From an uncultured Bacteroidales bacterium (GTDB lineage Bacteria > Bacteroidota > Bacteroidia > Bacteroidales > CAIXZF01): 35,135 nt of DNA. The notes below the pieces were generated by a model, which worked only from the letters and a program-made list of their open reading frames with translations, ran no database searches and was not told the origin of the DNA. The translations under genes and the position numbers were made by a program. The stretch covers positions 8,610-43,744 of the forward strand of contig CAYLTH010000006.1 of the NCBI GenBank assembly GCA_964386485.1, written 5' to 3'. Shown one piece after another: positions 1 through 9,055 of the stretch (within the stretch, counting starts at the first letter, position 1; every line of letters begins with the position of its first letter).

Positions 1-1522
1 TAATTTTATTTCGCTTCTCGAGTCCGCCAACAATACGGTCGATTGCATCCAGGAAATCTTGTTTTTCGATGATTTGTTTTTCCTTACGGGCAGCAATCAG
101 GGCAGCTTCATTGCAAACGTTGGCAATATCGGCACCCGAAAAACCGGGAGTTTGTTTGCTAAGGAATTCAACATCCAATGCTTCGTCAAGTTTTAAAGGG
201 CGAAGATGTACCTGGAAAATAGCTTTCCGTTCTTCCAGATCGGGAAGTTCAACATTGATCATACGGTCGAAACGGCCAGCGCGAAGTAAAGCGCGGTCGA
301 GAACATCTGCCCGGTTGGTTGCTGCCAGGATGATAACACCGGTATTCGAAGCAAACCCATCCATTTCGGTAAGAAGCTGATTCAATGTGTTTTCGCGTTC
401 ATCATTTCCTCCTGTAACAACACTTTTACCTCTGGCACGACCGATGGCATCAATTTCATCAATAAATACAATACAGGGAGCTTTTTCTTTGGCTTGTTTA
501 AACAGATCGCGTACTCTGGAAGCTCCGACACCAACAAACATTTCCACAAAATCTGAACCGGAAATTGAAAAGAAAGGGACTTTGGCTTCGCCGGCAACTG
601 CTTTCGCCAAAAGCGTTTTTCCGGTACCCGGAGGGCCAACCAGTAGAGCTCCTTTTGGTATTTTTCCGCCAAGCGTGGTGTATTTTTTGGGGTTCTTTAG
701 AAAATCAACGATTTCCATGACTTCAACCTTGGCTTCTTCAAGTCCGGCAACATCTTTAAAGGTAATCGCCACATTTGTAGAGCCTTTATCAAACAACTGA
801 GCTCTTGATTTGCCAAAGTTAAAGATCTGTCCGCCACCACCTGCTCCACCGCGGTTCATCATGCGCATGATGAGAATCCAGGCACCAATCAGCAACAAAA
901 TAGGTAATACATAACTCAGGATTTCTCCACCCCAATTCCGACGATCATCAGCAGTAACAATAAGGCGTTCTTTGCTTCGGATAGCCTGAATTTCTTCATC
1001 GGTTTTGCCTTCGGTTTCAGAGGCCAGAATCCGCTCCTGTGCGTCTTTGATATCTTCCCGAAAAGCATCAACGGTTAAAAATTTCAGCTTAAAATGAGGC
1101 CCCGGATTTGTGGAACTACCAATACCTTTTGCCTTAATATCTTTATAGAGGGTATCAGTTTTTGAGGCCAATGACTCCTTTTTAATAAAAATTTCGGCAT
1201 ATTTATTATTGATAACCACCACTTTTTCGACATCGTGACGAACCAGCATGGTTTCAAATTTATTCCAGTCTATTTCCTTGATCTCATTGTTAAAACTGAA
1301 ATACTGCAATCCAAGAAAAATAACGGCAATAATCCCATAAATCCAATAAATATTAAACCGGGTTTTCCCGGTCTTTTTCAGGTTGTTTGGGTTATTCTCG
1401 CTGTTTTCAGGTTCGGAGGGTTTCGACCGAAATGGATTTCCCGGGTCAAAACCTGTCTTTTTCTGCTTTTTCTCTTCAGATTTTTTATTTTCGTCTTTCT
1501 GATATTTTGAATCGTCTGCCAT
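1..1522 (-). CDS. ftsH: ATP-dependent zinc metalloprotease FtsH (3' end truncated by window edge)
   Basis: Translated by hand from ATG at 1522: [14 protein letters not shown]..., TM segment [20 protein letters not shown], then [20 protein letters not shown], Walker [29 protein letters not shown], Walker [12 protein letters not shown] and [24 protein letters not shown]. No stop in the window, so it is absent from the ORF track. Confidence 0.97.
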   Translation of the reverse strand, partial: MADDSKYQKDENKKSEEKKQKKTGFDPGNPFRSKPSEPENSENNPNNLKKTGKTRFNIYWIYGIIAVIFLGLQYFSFNNEIKEIDWNKFETMLVRHDVEKVVVINNKYAEIFIKKESLASKTDTLYKDIKAKGIGSSTNPGPHFKLKFLTVDAFREDIKDAQERILASETEGKTDEEIQAIRSKERLIVTADDRRNWGGEILSYVLPILLLIGAWILIMRMMNRGGAGGGGQIFNFGKSRAQLFDKGSTNVAITFKDVAGLEEAKVEVMEIVDFLKNPKKYTTLGGKIPKGALLVGPPGTGKTLLAKAVAGEAKVPFFSISGSDFVEMFVGVGASRVRDLFKQAKEKAPCIVFIDEIDAIGRARGKSVVTGGNDERENTLNQLLTEMDGFASNTGVIILAATNRADVLDRALLRAGRFDRMINVELPDLEERKAIFQVHLRPLKLDEALDVEFLSKQTPGFSGADIANVCNEAALIAARKEKQIIEKQDFLDAIDRIVGGLEKRNKI

Positions 1523-1552
1523 TATGTCGTGAATTGTTTATTATCATCCGGA

Positions 1553-1930
1553 TTATTCCACATCCGGTACGCGGGTAATGACTGCATCAGCCCACAGTGC
1601 TTCAAGGTTATAGAACTTTCTTCTTGATTCCTCAAAGATGTGAACAACAACGTCGATGTAGTCTAACAAAATCCATTCCGCATTTTCGAATCCTTCAGCG
1701 TGCCAGGGATTATCCCCCAGAACAGTTTTTACTTCTCTGTCAACTGATTTTGCCAAAGCATCGACTTGTGTGGTGGAGGTTCCATGACAGATTACAAAAT
1801 AATTGCTGATGGCTCCTTTTATGTCCCGCAAGTCAACAACATAAATTGATTTCGCTTTTTTTTCCTGTAACCCTTTTACAATGATCTCGCTTAACATGCT
1901 TGAAGCATCCAATGTTGTTTTCTTTGACAT
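1553..1930 (-). CDS. rsfS: Ribosome silencing factor RsfS (Iojap/YbeB)
   Basis: Motifs KKA..I.VVDL, YFVICHGTSTTQV, EG..NAEWILLDYIDVVVHIF, RKFYNLEALWAD. Start moved to ATG 1930 (MSKKTT) because a TACATTTG promoter lies inside the longer ORF-track version. Confidence 0.95.
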   Translation of the reverse strand: MSKKTTLDASSMLSEIIVKGLQEKKAKSIYVVDLRDIKGAISNYFVICHGTSTTQVDALAKSVDREVKTVLGDNPWHAEGFENAEWILLDYIDVVVHIFEESRRKFYNLEALWADAVITRVPDVE

Positions 1931-1961
1931 GAGCCGGCTTTGGTTTGACAAAAATTTCCTG

Positions 1962-1969
1962 CAAATGTA
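1962..1969 (-). promoter_or_regulatory. Bacteroidota sigma70-type -7 element (TACATTTG) for rsfS-ftsH
   Basis: Exact TAnnTTTG match on the minus strand about 30 nt upstream of the rsfS ATG. Confidence 0.7.
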
Positions 1970-2040
1970 TAACAAAATAGCAGCGCTTCGGTTACAAAAC
2001 AAGGCTTAAAAACAAATTCCTGTTTTTCATCAAAGCTGAT

Positions 2041-2048
2041 TACCTTTG
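2041..2048 (+). promoter_or_regulatory. Bacteroidota -7 element (TACCTTTG) for osmC-methyltransferase-priA
   Basis: Exact TAnnTTTG match 20 nt upstream of ATG 2069, back-to-back with the rsfS promoter. Confidence 0.7.
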
Positions 2049-2068
2049 CATTCCTAAAAATTTTACCT

Positions 2069-2482
2069 ATGATTACTGCTGAAAGTGTCTATATCGGGAA
2101 CCTGAGAACCCGTGCCAAACATGTGCTGTCTGGTTCTGAGATTCTTACAGATGCTCCCCCTGATAACCAGGGCGAAGGAGCTTTTTTTTCACCAACAGAT
2201 CTTGTTGCTACAGCGCTGGGATCATGCATGGTCACCATAATGGGAATTGTTGCCCGCAGAGACGGGTTCAACCTTGATGGAACAACATGGCAGGTTACCA
2301 AAATTATGGGTGATAATCCACGACGAATTGCTGAAATCATTATAGAATTGCATTTTCCGCATAATAACTACTCCGAAAAGGAACGCAGATTGATAGAACA
2401 TTCTGTAAAATATTGCCCGGTGGCTCAAAGCCTGCACCCGGATCTGAAGCAGACAATAATTTATCATTACGGTCAGGATTAG
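2069..2482 (+). CDS. OsmC family protein
   Basis: TDAP.DN.G.G..FSPTDLVATALGSC and YCPVAQSLHPD, the two conserved Cys of the OsmC/Ohr family. Confidence 0.92.
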   Translation: MITAESVYIGNLRTRAKHVLSGSEILTDAPPDNQGEGAFFSPTDLVATALGSCMVTIMGIVARRDGFNLDGTTWQVTKIMGDNPRRIAEIIIELHFPHNNYSEKERRLIEHSVKYCPVAQSLHPDLKQTIIYHYGQD

Positions 2483-2483
2483 T

Positions 2484-3665
2484 ATGAAGGAGAACGAAAC
2501 TTATCCTTTGTTGGCAAAGACTTTTGAAGGCTTGGAAGATTTGCTGGTTGAAGAATTGGCAGAGCTGGGAGCAACAGAAATCGTAAAACAAAACAGGGCA
2601 GCCAACTTTAAGGGAGATGATGAAGTATTGTACCGTGTGAATTATGCCAGCCGGTTTGCGCTGCGTATATTGAAACCACTTTTTCATTTCAATGCTGAAG
2701 ATCCGCGAGAATTGTATCTGAAAGCCAGAGAACTGGACTGGGGTAAGGTATTTAACCTGCATCACACATTTTCGATTGACACCCTGGCCTTTAATTCGGA
2801 GCCCTTCCAGAATACAATGTATGCCTCTCTGAAATTAAAAGATGCTATTGCCGATCATTTCAGAGATAAATATGGCGCCCGTCCCTATATTGAAAAGGAC
2901 AATGCCGATATTCGGATTAATCTGCATATCTCCGGGGAAAAATGTGTTATTTCACTGGACAGTAGCGGAGAATCCCTGTCGTTAAGAGGGTATCGCAGAC
3001 AGGAACATGTGGCACCGATAAATGAGGTAATGGCAGCAGCTCTGGTCAAAATTTCGGGTTGGGATGGCAACACAAATTTTATTGACCCGATGTGTGGTTC
3101 CGGAACAATTCTCATTGAAGCTGCCATGAAAATGCTGGGCATTCCCGCCGGTTATTTTCGAAAAAGTTATTCGTTTCATAACTGGACGGATTTTAATGCA
3201 AAGTTATGGGCTGAAATAAGGGATGAGTATGCCTTCCAGCAAATCAGACCAAAAATTAAAATTAAAGGAGGAGACCTATCGGAAGCCGCTGTATTAAAAG
3301 CAGGTGACAATATCCGGGAAGCCGGTCTGCAACGATATATTTCGGTAGAAAATGTTGATATTAAAGATTTTAAACCACCCAGAGGGGGCGGGATTTTGTT
3401 GACAAATCCTCCCTATGGTGACCGTTTTAAGCTTGAGTTTTTACAGGAACTTTACACAGAAATGGGCAATCAGTTCAAGAACCGTTTTACAGATTATACA
3501 GCCTGGGTGCTTTCTGCTGATTTGGATGCGCTGAAGTCGATCGGGTTGCGCAGCAGTGAAAAGTTTAAGTTATTTAATGGTGCTTTGGAAAGCCGGTTTG
3601 TCCGGTATGATCTTTTCGAAGGCAGCCAGAAAGAGCATATACATCAGGAACCGATTACAGAATAG
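2484..3665 (+). CDS. THUMP-domain class I SAM-dependent RNA methyltransferase (RlmL-like)
   Basis: KTFEGLEDLL.EEL, LKDAIADHFR, SLDSSGESL..RGYR, APINEVMAAAL, FIDPMCGSGTILIEAA, TNPPYG, LFNGALE. Confidence 0.92.
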   Translation: MKENETYPLLAKTFEGLEDLLVEELAELGATEIVKQNRAANFKGDDEVLYRVNYASRFALRILKPLFHFNAEDPRELYLKARELDWGKVFNLHHTFSIDTLAFNSEPFQNTMYASLKLKDAIADHFRDKYGARPYIEKDNADIRINLHISGEKCVISLDSSGESLSLRGYRRQEHVAPINEVMAAALVKISGWDGNTNFIDPMCGSGTILIEAAMKMLGIPAGYFRKSYSFHNWTDFNAKLWAEIRDEYAFQQIRPKIKIKGGDLSEAAVLKAGDNIREAGLQRYISVENVDIKDFKPPRGGGILLTNPPYGDRFKLEFLQELYTEMGNQFKNRFTDYTAWVLSADLDALKSIGLRSSEKFKLFNGALESRFVRYDLFEGSQKEHIHQEPITE

Positions 3666-3683
3666 CATTTTAACTATGCCGGG

Positions 3684-6188
3684 ATGATTCAGGAGGTCAG
3701 GAATATCGATTATATACTTGCTGAAGTAATTATTCCCCTTTCTTTGGGTGGTACATTTACGTATTCCATTCCACCCGAATTTACCGAAGTTATATCACCC
3801 GGAATGCGCGTAGCTGTTCAGTTTGGAAGAACCCGCATTTACTCGGCCATTGTACTTCGGCTTCACCATGATCTTCCGTTAAATTATCAGGTAAAACCGA
3901 TTCTCTATCCTATTGATGAGCATCCTGTTATAACCAGTCATCAGATTCAGTTCTGGAAATGGATCAGTGAATACTATATGTGTTTCCCGGGTGAAGTTAT
4001 GCAGGCTGCACTTCCTTCTGTTTTCAAACTTTCGAGTGAAACCATGGTGTTGATTAACCCTGATTTCGATGGAGATATCAGCAACCTGAATGAAAAGGAG
4101 GTTAATTTAATCTATTCTCTTGGGAATGATAAGGAGTTAAGTCTTGCCGAAGTTTCCAGAATTACCGGCCAGAAAAAGGTGATCCCTTTGGTGAAAACAA
4201 TGATTGAGAAAGGACTGATTTCGGTTGTGGAAGAAGTCCGCGAACGGGTATCTCCCAAAATTGAAACCTATATCAGCCTCGCACCCCAATTTCAGGATGA
4301 GGAAAATCTAAGACAGGTATTTGATAAATTGGAAAAACGCGGGACCAAACAGCTCGAATTGCTGATGGCCTGGATTTACCTGACCCGGCAGGAGGGCACA
4401 AACCGTATCCGCAAAGCGGTTTTAATGGAAAAGTCGGGAAGTCAGGATGCAGCGCTTCTGGCTTTACTCAGGAAAGGAATACTCGTAAAAAGTGAGGAAA
4501 TGGTCAGTCGTTTTCCATTTGTTGAGAAACAGGAAGAGCCTGATTCAATTGTACTGACCGGTATTCAGGAGCAGGCATTTCTGGAAATTAAGTCTGAACT
4601 TGAAAATAAGGAAGTTGTTCTCCTCAATGGTGTTACATCCAGTGGTAAAACAGAGATGTATATTAAATTGATACATGAAACCATTTCCGCCGGAAAACAA
4701 GTATTATATCTTTTACCTGAAATTGCACTGACAACCCAGATTATCAATCGATTGAAGCGTTATTTCGGAAGTGATGCAGGAGTTTATCATTCTAAACATC
4801 ATGAACAGGAACGTGTGGAAGTCTGGAATCAGGTACTTGGATGGAAAGTTTCCGGTGAACAGGCCAATGCATTGCCGATTGTTCTTGGTGCCCGTTCAGC
4901 TTTATTTCTGCCATTTCAGGATTTGGGTCTGATTGTGGTGGACGAGGAACATGATAGTTCCTTTAAGCAACAGGATCCGGCACCAAGGTATCATGCCCGG
5001 GATGCAGCCATTGTTCTGGCTAAACTTTACGGAGCCAAAGTCTTACTGGGTTCTGCAACACCTTCGATCGAGAGTACATTCAATGCCGTATCCGGTAAAT
5101 ACGGATTAGTTGAGGTAAAAGAACGCTATGGCGGCATTCAGTTACCTGAAGTACAGATAGTTGATCTGGTTGACGAGATTAAAAAAAGAAGAATGAAATC
5201 CAGTTTTTCTTCTGTATTGCTCCAACATATTGAGGAAGCCGTTGCAGCAGGAGAACAGGTCATTCTCTTTCAGAACCGGCGGGGTTTTTCGCTTCGTCTC
5301 GAATGCGAATCCTGTCACTGGGTGCCGGAATGCAAGAACTGTGATGTTTCATTAACCTATCACAAGATAAAGAGTGAGGTAAGCTGTCATTATTGTGGTT
5401 ATGCAATAAAAGTACCGGCCCGTTGTCCTCAATGTGGAGGAAGTCACCTGAAAATGAAAGGATTTGGAACTGAACGCATCGAAGAGGAACTGACTGATTT
5501 TATACCCGGATTGCGTGTAGGGAGGATGGATCTCGATTCGACGCGTGGCAAGCATGGTGTTGCACGGATTATCAGTATTTTTGAAGAAGGGAAAATAGAT
5601 GTTCTTGTTGGTACTCAAATGGTTACCAAGGGATTGGATTTTGACCGGGTAAGTCTGGTTGGGATTATGAATGCAGATAATATGCTCAACTTTCCTGATT
5701 TCAGAGCGTTTGAGCGTAGTTTTCAACTCATGGCCCAGGTGAGTGGCCGGGCAGGACGGAAGAAAAAGCGGGGAAAAGTGCTTATTCAGACTTATAATCC
5801 ATACCATATTATAATTAAGCAGGTTATGGAAAATAACTACGATGAGATGTTTCATACCCAGCTATATGAGCGCAAGCAGTTTAAATACCCGCCCTATTAC
5901 CGGATGATACAGTTAACATTGAAACATAAAGATGCAGGAATATTAAGCCAGGCTTCCCGGAAACTTGCAGAAATGTTACGGTTGAAATTTGGTCAGATGG
6001 TTTTAGGACCAGAATACCCGGTTGTTTCGCGAATCAGCAATTTGTATCTAAAGCAAATAATTTTGAAAATCGAAAAGACGGCAGCTTTGGGCGAGCAGAA
6101 AAAATTGCTTACGGCTTGTTTGGATGATTTTGGGCGTTTACCCGATTATAAGAGTGTCAGGGTAATAAAAGATGTTGATCCTTTCTGA
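3684..6188 (+). CDS. priA: Replication restart helicase / primosomal protein N'
   Basis: GVTSSGKT Walker A, LLPEIALTTQ, VDEEHD, LGSATPS, QNRRGF, four CxxC zinc pairs, GTQMVTKGLDF, QVSGRAGR, C-terminal DVDPF. Confidence 0.97.
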   Translation: MIQEVRNIDYILAEVIIPLSLGGTFTYSIPPEFTEVISPGMRVAVQFGRTRIYSAIVLRLHHDLPLNYQVKPILYPIDEHPVITSHQIQFWKWISEYYMCFPGEVMQAALPSVFKLSSETMVLINPDFDGDISNLNEKEVNLIYSLGNDKELSLAEVSRITGQKKVIPLVKTMIEKGLISVVEEVRERVSPKIETYISLAPQFQDEENLRQVFDKLEKRGTKQLELLMAWIYLTRQEGTNRIRKAVLMEKSGSQDAALLALLRKGILVKSEEMVSRFPFVEKQEEPDSIVLTGIQEQAFLEIKSELENKEVVLLNGVTSSGKTEMYIKLIHETISAGKQVLYLLPEIALTTQIINRLKRYFGSDAGVYHSKHHEQERVEVWNQVLGWKVSGEQANALPIVLGARSALFLPFQDLGLIVVDEEHDSSFKQQDPAPRYHARDAAIVLAKLYGAKVLLGSATPSIESTFNAVSGKYGLVEVKERYGGIQLPEVQIVDLVDEIKKRRMKSSFSSVLLQHIEEAVAAGEQVILFQNRRGFSLRLECESCHWVPECKNCDVSLTYHKIKSEVSCHYCGYAIKVPARCPQCGGSHLKMKGFGTERIEEELTDFIPGLRVGRMDLDSTRGKHGVARIISIFEEGKIDVLVGTQMVTKGLDFDRVSLVGIMNADNMLNFPDFRAFERSFQLMAQVSGRAGRKKKRGKVLIQTYNPYHIIIKQVMENNYDEMFHTQLYERKQFKYPPYYRMIQLTLKHKDAGILSQASRKLAEMLRLKFGQMVLGPEYPVVSRISNLYLKQIILKIEKTAALGEQKKLLTACLDDFGRLPDYKSVRVIKDVDPF

Positions 6189-6494
6189 TTATTTTTCAGG
6201 ACTTTCCTGAATAACCAGGAAAATATCTTCCGTTTCTTTCTTCATAAGATATTTTTCACGGGCAAACTTTTCGAGGTTCCGAAGATTTGTTTGCAGCTCG
6301 ATCGAGGTTTGCCTGTCTTTTTTTATTTCCTGAATATAATATTCCTTTTCTTTATTCAGATCCTTCATTTTTTGAATCAGATCCCATTGATTGAAGAGAT
6401 TATTTCTGTCAAAAATGCTTATCCATGTTAAAAATGCCAGGGTAGCAATTAAAAACTTATTGGTGACAATCCGGAGGATTTTTTGAAATAGCAT
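6189..6494 (-). CDS. Septum formation initiator family protein (FtsB/DivIC-like)
   Basis: N-terminal TM helix (NKFLIATLAFLTWISIFD), a coiled coil and LEKFAREKYLMKK..EDIF. Its stop codon directly abuts the priA stop. Confidence 0.88.
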   Translation of the reverse strand: MLFQKILRIVTNKFLIATLAFLTWISIFDRNNLFNQWDLIQKMKDLNKEKEYYIQEIKKDRQTSIELQTNLRNLEKFAREKYLMKKETEDIFLVIQESPEK

Positions 6495-6518
6495 AATATA
6501 GAAGTCAAAATGGCATCA

Positions 6519-6526
6519 CAAAAGTA
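6519..6526 (-). promoter_or_regulatory. Bacteroidota -7 element (TACTTTTG) for the ftsB-like gene
   Basis: Exact TAnnTTTG match on the minus strand 24 nt upstream of ATG 6494. Confidence 0.6.
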
Positions 6527-6527
6527 C

Positions 6528-6562
6528 AAAAAAAAGGCTGCCTTGTCAAGGCAGCCTTTTTT
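6528..6562 (-). terminator. Intrinsic terminator of the susC-susD-lipoprotein operon (bidirectional shape)
   Basis: AAAAAAAAGGCTGCCTTG-T-CAAGGCAGCCTTTTTT is an inverted repeat flanked by A/T tracts, about 20 nt past the stop at 6582. Confidence 0.9.
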
Positions 6563-6581
6563 ATACAATTACCAAAAGGTT

Positions 6582-7421
6582 TTAGAGAGGAGTATATTCT
6601 TCCTCAACAACCCTGGTACCGGTTGATCCCTCATATTGATAATAGAGGTAAAACTTTTTGGTTACAGGATCGTACCTTGAATTTTGGGTCAAAGTCATTT
6701 GAATGACCATCGTTGTTGGAGGTAACTCAACAACAGTACATGAATTGTCAACAGGATTAACCGTGACTTTAATCGGATAATTCGGGCCTAAGTCACCCAG
6801 AGTAGATTGAACATCATAGGCACCCAGTGCTGACAGATCTTTATCTTCATCAATGTCACGTGGTCCGTTAACAGGATGGATAAATTGACCGGTTACATGG
6901 TATGAACCAGCATAGAGATTAGCAACACCAATTTTTGTTGAAGCATTGTTAATGACTTTGCTGCCATCTTCCATAACACAAACATAGACCAGATTCCAGT
7001 TACTGCCAATGGCTAATAAAGTTTCATCAGCAGGTAATGGGTTACCATTGAGTAGAATTCCGTTCTTTAAATCGGTATAGGTTATATTAAATGTAAAAGA
7101 ATGATCGCCGCTGCTGTTTGCACCACCGATGCTAACCGTCTTCATTTTAACCTGATTCGATTTGGAACCATCTGTAGCATCTGTATAAGTGTTCATAATT
7201 TCAACAGATGTAATAGCCGGGCCTACCGGGATTAACACCTCAACATCTACGCTGGGTGTATTGCCAAGTTTATAGGGTACACTTGTGGTTACGGGTATAA
7301 CCAGACCCCCTTCTTTAGCATCGGCAGTGACCAGGTCTTCATTTTTATTGCAGGAATAAAAACTAAGCATGACCAATGCGATCAGTCCGATGGCACTTGT
7401 TATTCTTAATAGTTTTCTCAT
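6582..7421 (-). CDS. SusD-associated surface lipoprotein of unknown function
   Basis: Lipobox LSFYSC followed by NKNED, beta-rich. The C-terminal YAGSY...HPVNGPR.IDEDK.L segment resembles domains in lipoproteins found downstream of susD. Third gene of the operon. Confidence 0.8.
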   Translation of the reverse strand: MRKLLRITSAIGLIALVMLSFYSCNKNEDLVTADAKEGGLVIPVTTSVPYKLGNTPSVDVEVLIPVGPAITSVEIMNTYTDATDGSKSNQVKMKTVSIGGANSSGDHSFTFNITYTDLKNGILLNGNPLPADETLLAIGSNWNLVYVCVMEDGSKVINNASTKIGVANLYAGSYHVTGQFIHPVNGPRDIDEDKDLSALGAYDVQSTLGDLGPNYPIKVTVNPVDNSCTVVELPPTTMVIQMTLTQNSRYDPVTKKFYLYYQYEGSTGTRVVEEEYTPL

Positions 7422-7453
7422 TGTTTTAATATTTTCATGAATGAATAAATAAA

Positions 7454-9031
7454 TTAAGGATTAACATCCCACCAGACTTTGGTAGTCAGCAGATCTGCTC
7501 CGCCAAGTAAACTTACAGCAGCCGAAACATTTGAAGGGTTACGGGCGTACTCATCTGTCGGGAAAGTTACTCTCAATGGAATTTTCCCACCAAGAACACC
7601 TGCTGCAGCCGGAGTGAGAACCGGAATGCGGGTACGACGCCATTCGAAAGCGGATTGTAATCCCTGATCGAACATGGCGATGTATTTTTGTTCTAAAATC
7701 AGTTCAAGAGCATGATCATTTGTAATGGTAGCAGCATCGAAAAATGCAGGAGCTGCAGCATCTGTGATGTGCCATGCAAGTTCTTCTGCAACAGTATATG
7801 GATCACCAATTGATAATCCGCCATAAGTACTACCGGCATGAGCATCAAAAATTTCCTGCAGCGGAGCTTCATATTGCATGAATGAACCGGTTACACCTGC
7901 ATCATAGAAAGTTTTGGCTGCTGTAATTCCACCAGGAATGTATCCTTTTAATGCGGCCTCTGCAAGAATAAACTGCAGTTCAGCATAGCTCATCAATTGA
8001 CCTGGAGCAGTAGCAGCTGTAAAATAACTACCGATTTTACAGGTATTGGCAAGACCATTCCCATTAAAGGCAGCTGCCTGTGAAGAAAGTAATCCGTTTG
8101 GAAGACCTGTAAATGTATTGAGTGCTGTAGGATTAGCAAAAACCATAATTCTGTAATCGCCATAATTCGTTAGCATGTCAATGAAGTTTTCACTTACTCT
8201 GTGGTCATCACGGGTTTTGCGGTTTTCATTGATCGGATGATTGTTAGGAGCGGATCCCAGATAGGCCAGAGCTGCATTGTCAGCATTGCTTTCAAAGACA
8301 GGGTAGGTAGCAGGATCAGCAACCATTGCGCTCATTTCAGTTGTTACAAAAGAAGCATCTTTTGCACTCATACGGAGTAATAAACGTAAACGAAGAGAAT
8401 TGGCAAACTTTTTCCAGCTTGAGATGTCATTATTAAAAAGGATGTCTCCACCAATTTCAAGTCCGTCAGGATCGAGAAGAGTATTGGCCGCTTTTAGCTT
8501 GGCAACCATATCACGATAAACGAATTCCTGAGAATCATATGCAGGAAGCAGTCCGGTTGGGCTTGTACCACCCTGCCATGCAGCAGAATAAGGAATCGGG
8601 CCGAATAAATCGGTTAAAACAGAGCTGATGTAGCACTGTAATACAATAGCAACACCCTGATAGTTGTTGTGATTTCTTTCAACAGCTACATTATACATGG
8701 TGTATACATCCATTCCGGAAGCAGCATATAAGCTGGTCCAGGTATTGTTGATAACAGCAAGACGTGGCATATACCGGTCTTCATCGGTATATTGAACTTT
8801 TGCCATATGCTGAACCCAGCAGGAACCCATTTCATGTCCAAGAAAAATTTCATGAACACGGTCGGTCATGCTTTCAATCGCATTGGTAAGCATCATATCA
8901 GGCGCTGCAAGCTCTGCAATTGCATTGTTTGGATCAGTATTGATTTCTTCAAAGTCCTTGGTGCAGGAATTGAATAACAGGATGCCGGCAAATAGGGCGG
9001 CTATACTGAATATTATTTTCATTTTTTTCAT
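7454..9031 (-). CDS. susD: SusD/RagB family nutrient-binding outer-membrane lipoprotein
   Basis: Lipobox LFNSC-TKDFEEINTDPN, DLFGPIPYS.A, YDSQE.VY, WKKFANSLRLRLLLR, SYAELQFILAEA, EWRRT..P, KVWWD. Confidence 0.95.
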   Translation of the reverse strand: MKKMKIIFSIAALFAGILLFNSCTKDFEEINTDPNNAIAELAAPDMMLTNAIESMTDRVHEIFLGHEMGSCWVQHMAKVQYTDEDRYMPRLAVINNTWTSLYAASGMDVYTMYNVAVERNHNNYQGVAIVLQCYISSVLTDLFGPIPYSAAWQGGTSPTGLLPAYDSQEFVYRDMVAKLKAANTLLDPDGLEIGGDILFNNDISSWKKFANSLRLRLLLRMSAKDASFVTTEMSAMVADPATYPVFESNADNAALAYLGSAPNNHPINENRKTRDDHRVSENFIDMLTNYGDYRIMVFANPTALNTFTGLPNGLLSSQAAAFNGNGLANTCKIGSYFTAATAPGQLMSYAELQFILAEAALKGYIPGGITAAKTFYDAGVTGSFMQYEAPLQEIFDAHAGSTYGGLSIGDPYTVAEELAWHITDAAAPAFFDAATITNDHALELILEQKYIAMFDQGLQSAFEWRRTRIPVLTPAAAGVLGGKIPLRVTFPTDEYARNPSNVSAAVSLLGGADLLTTKVWWDVNP

Positions 9032-9055
9032 TGTTTGTCCTTTCTTTAAGTATGA

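Noticed and set aside
69-1578. Short ORFs (69-380, 382-672, 387-800, 1235-1510, 1387-1578)
   Set aside because: They are antisense or off-frame shadows of ftsH, which the track missed because it has no stop in the window.
1931-2002. N-terminal extensions in the ORF track for rsfS (and likewise hisS 15676, lptF 21208, GNAT 21180)
   Set aside because: They use non-ATG upstream starts, cross predicted promoters in three of the four cases, and add no family-like sequence.
6186-6191. Abutting convergent stop codons of priA and the ftsB-like gene
   Set aside because: This is common compact packing, with no evidence of a regulatory role.
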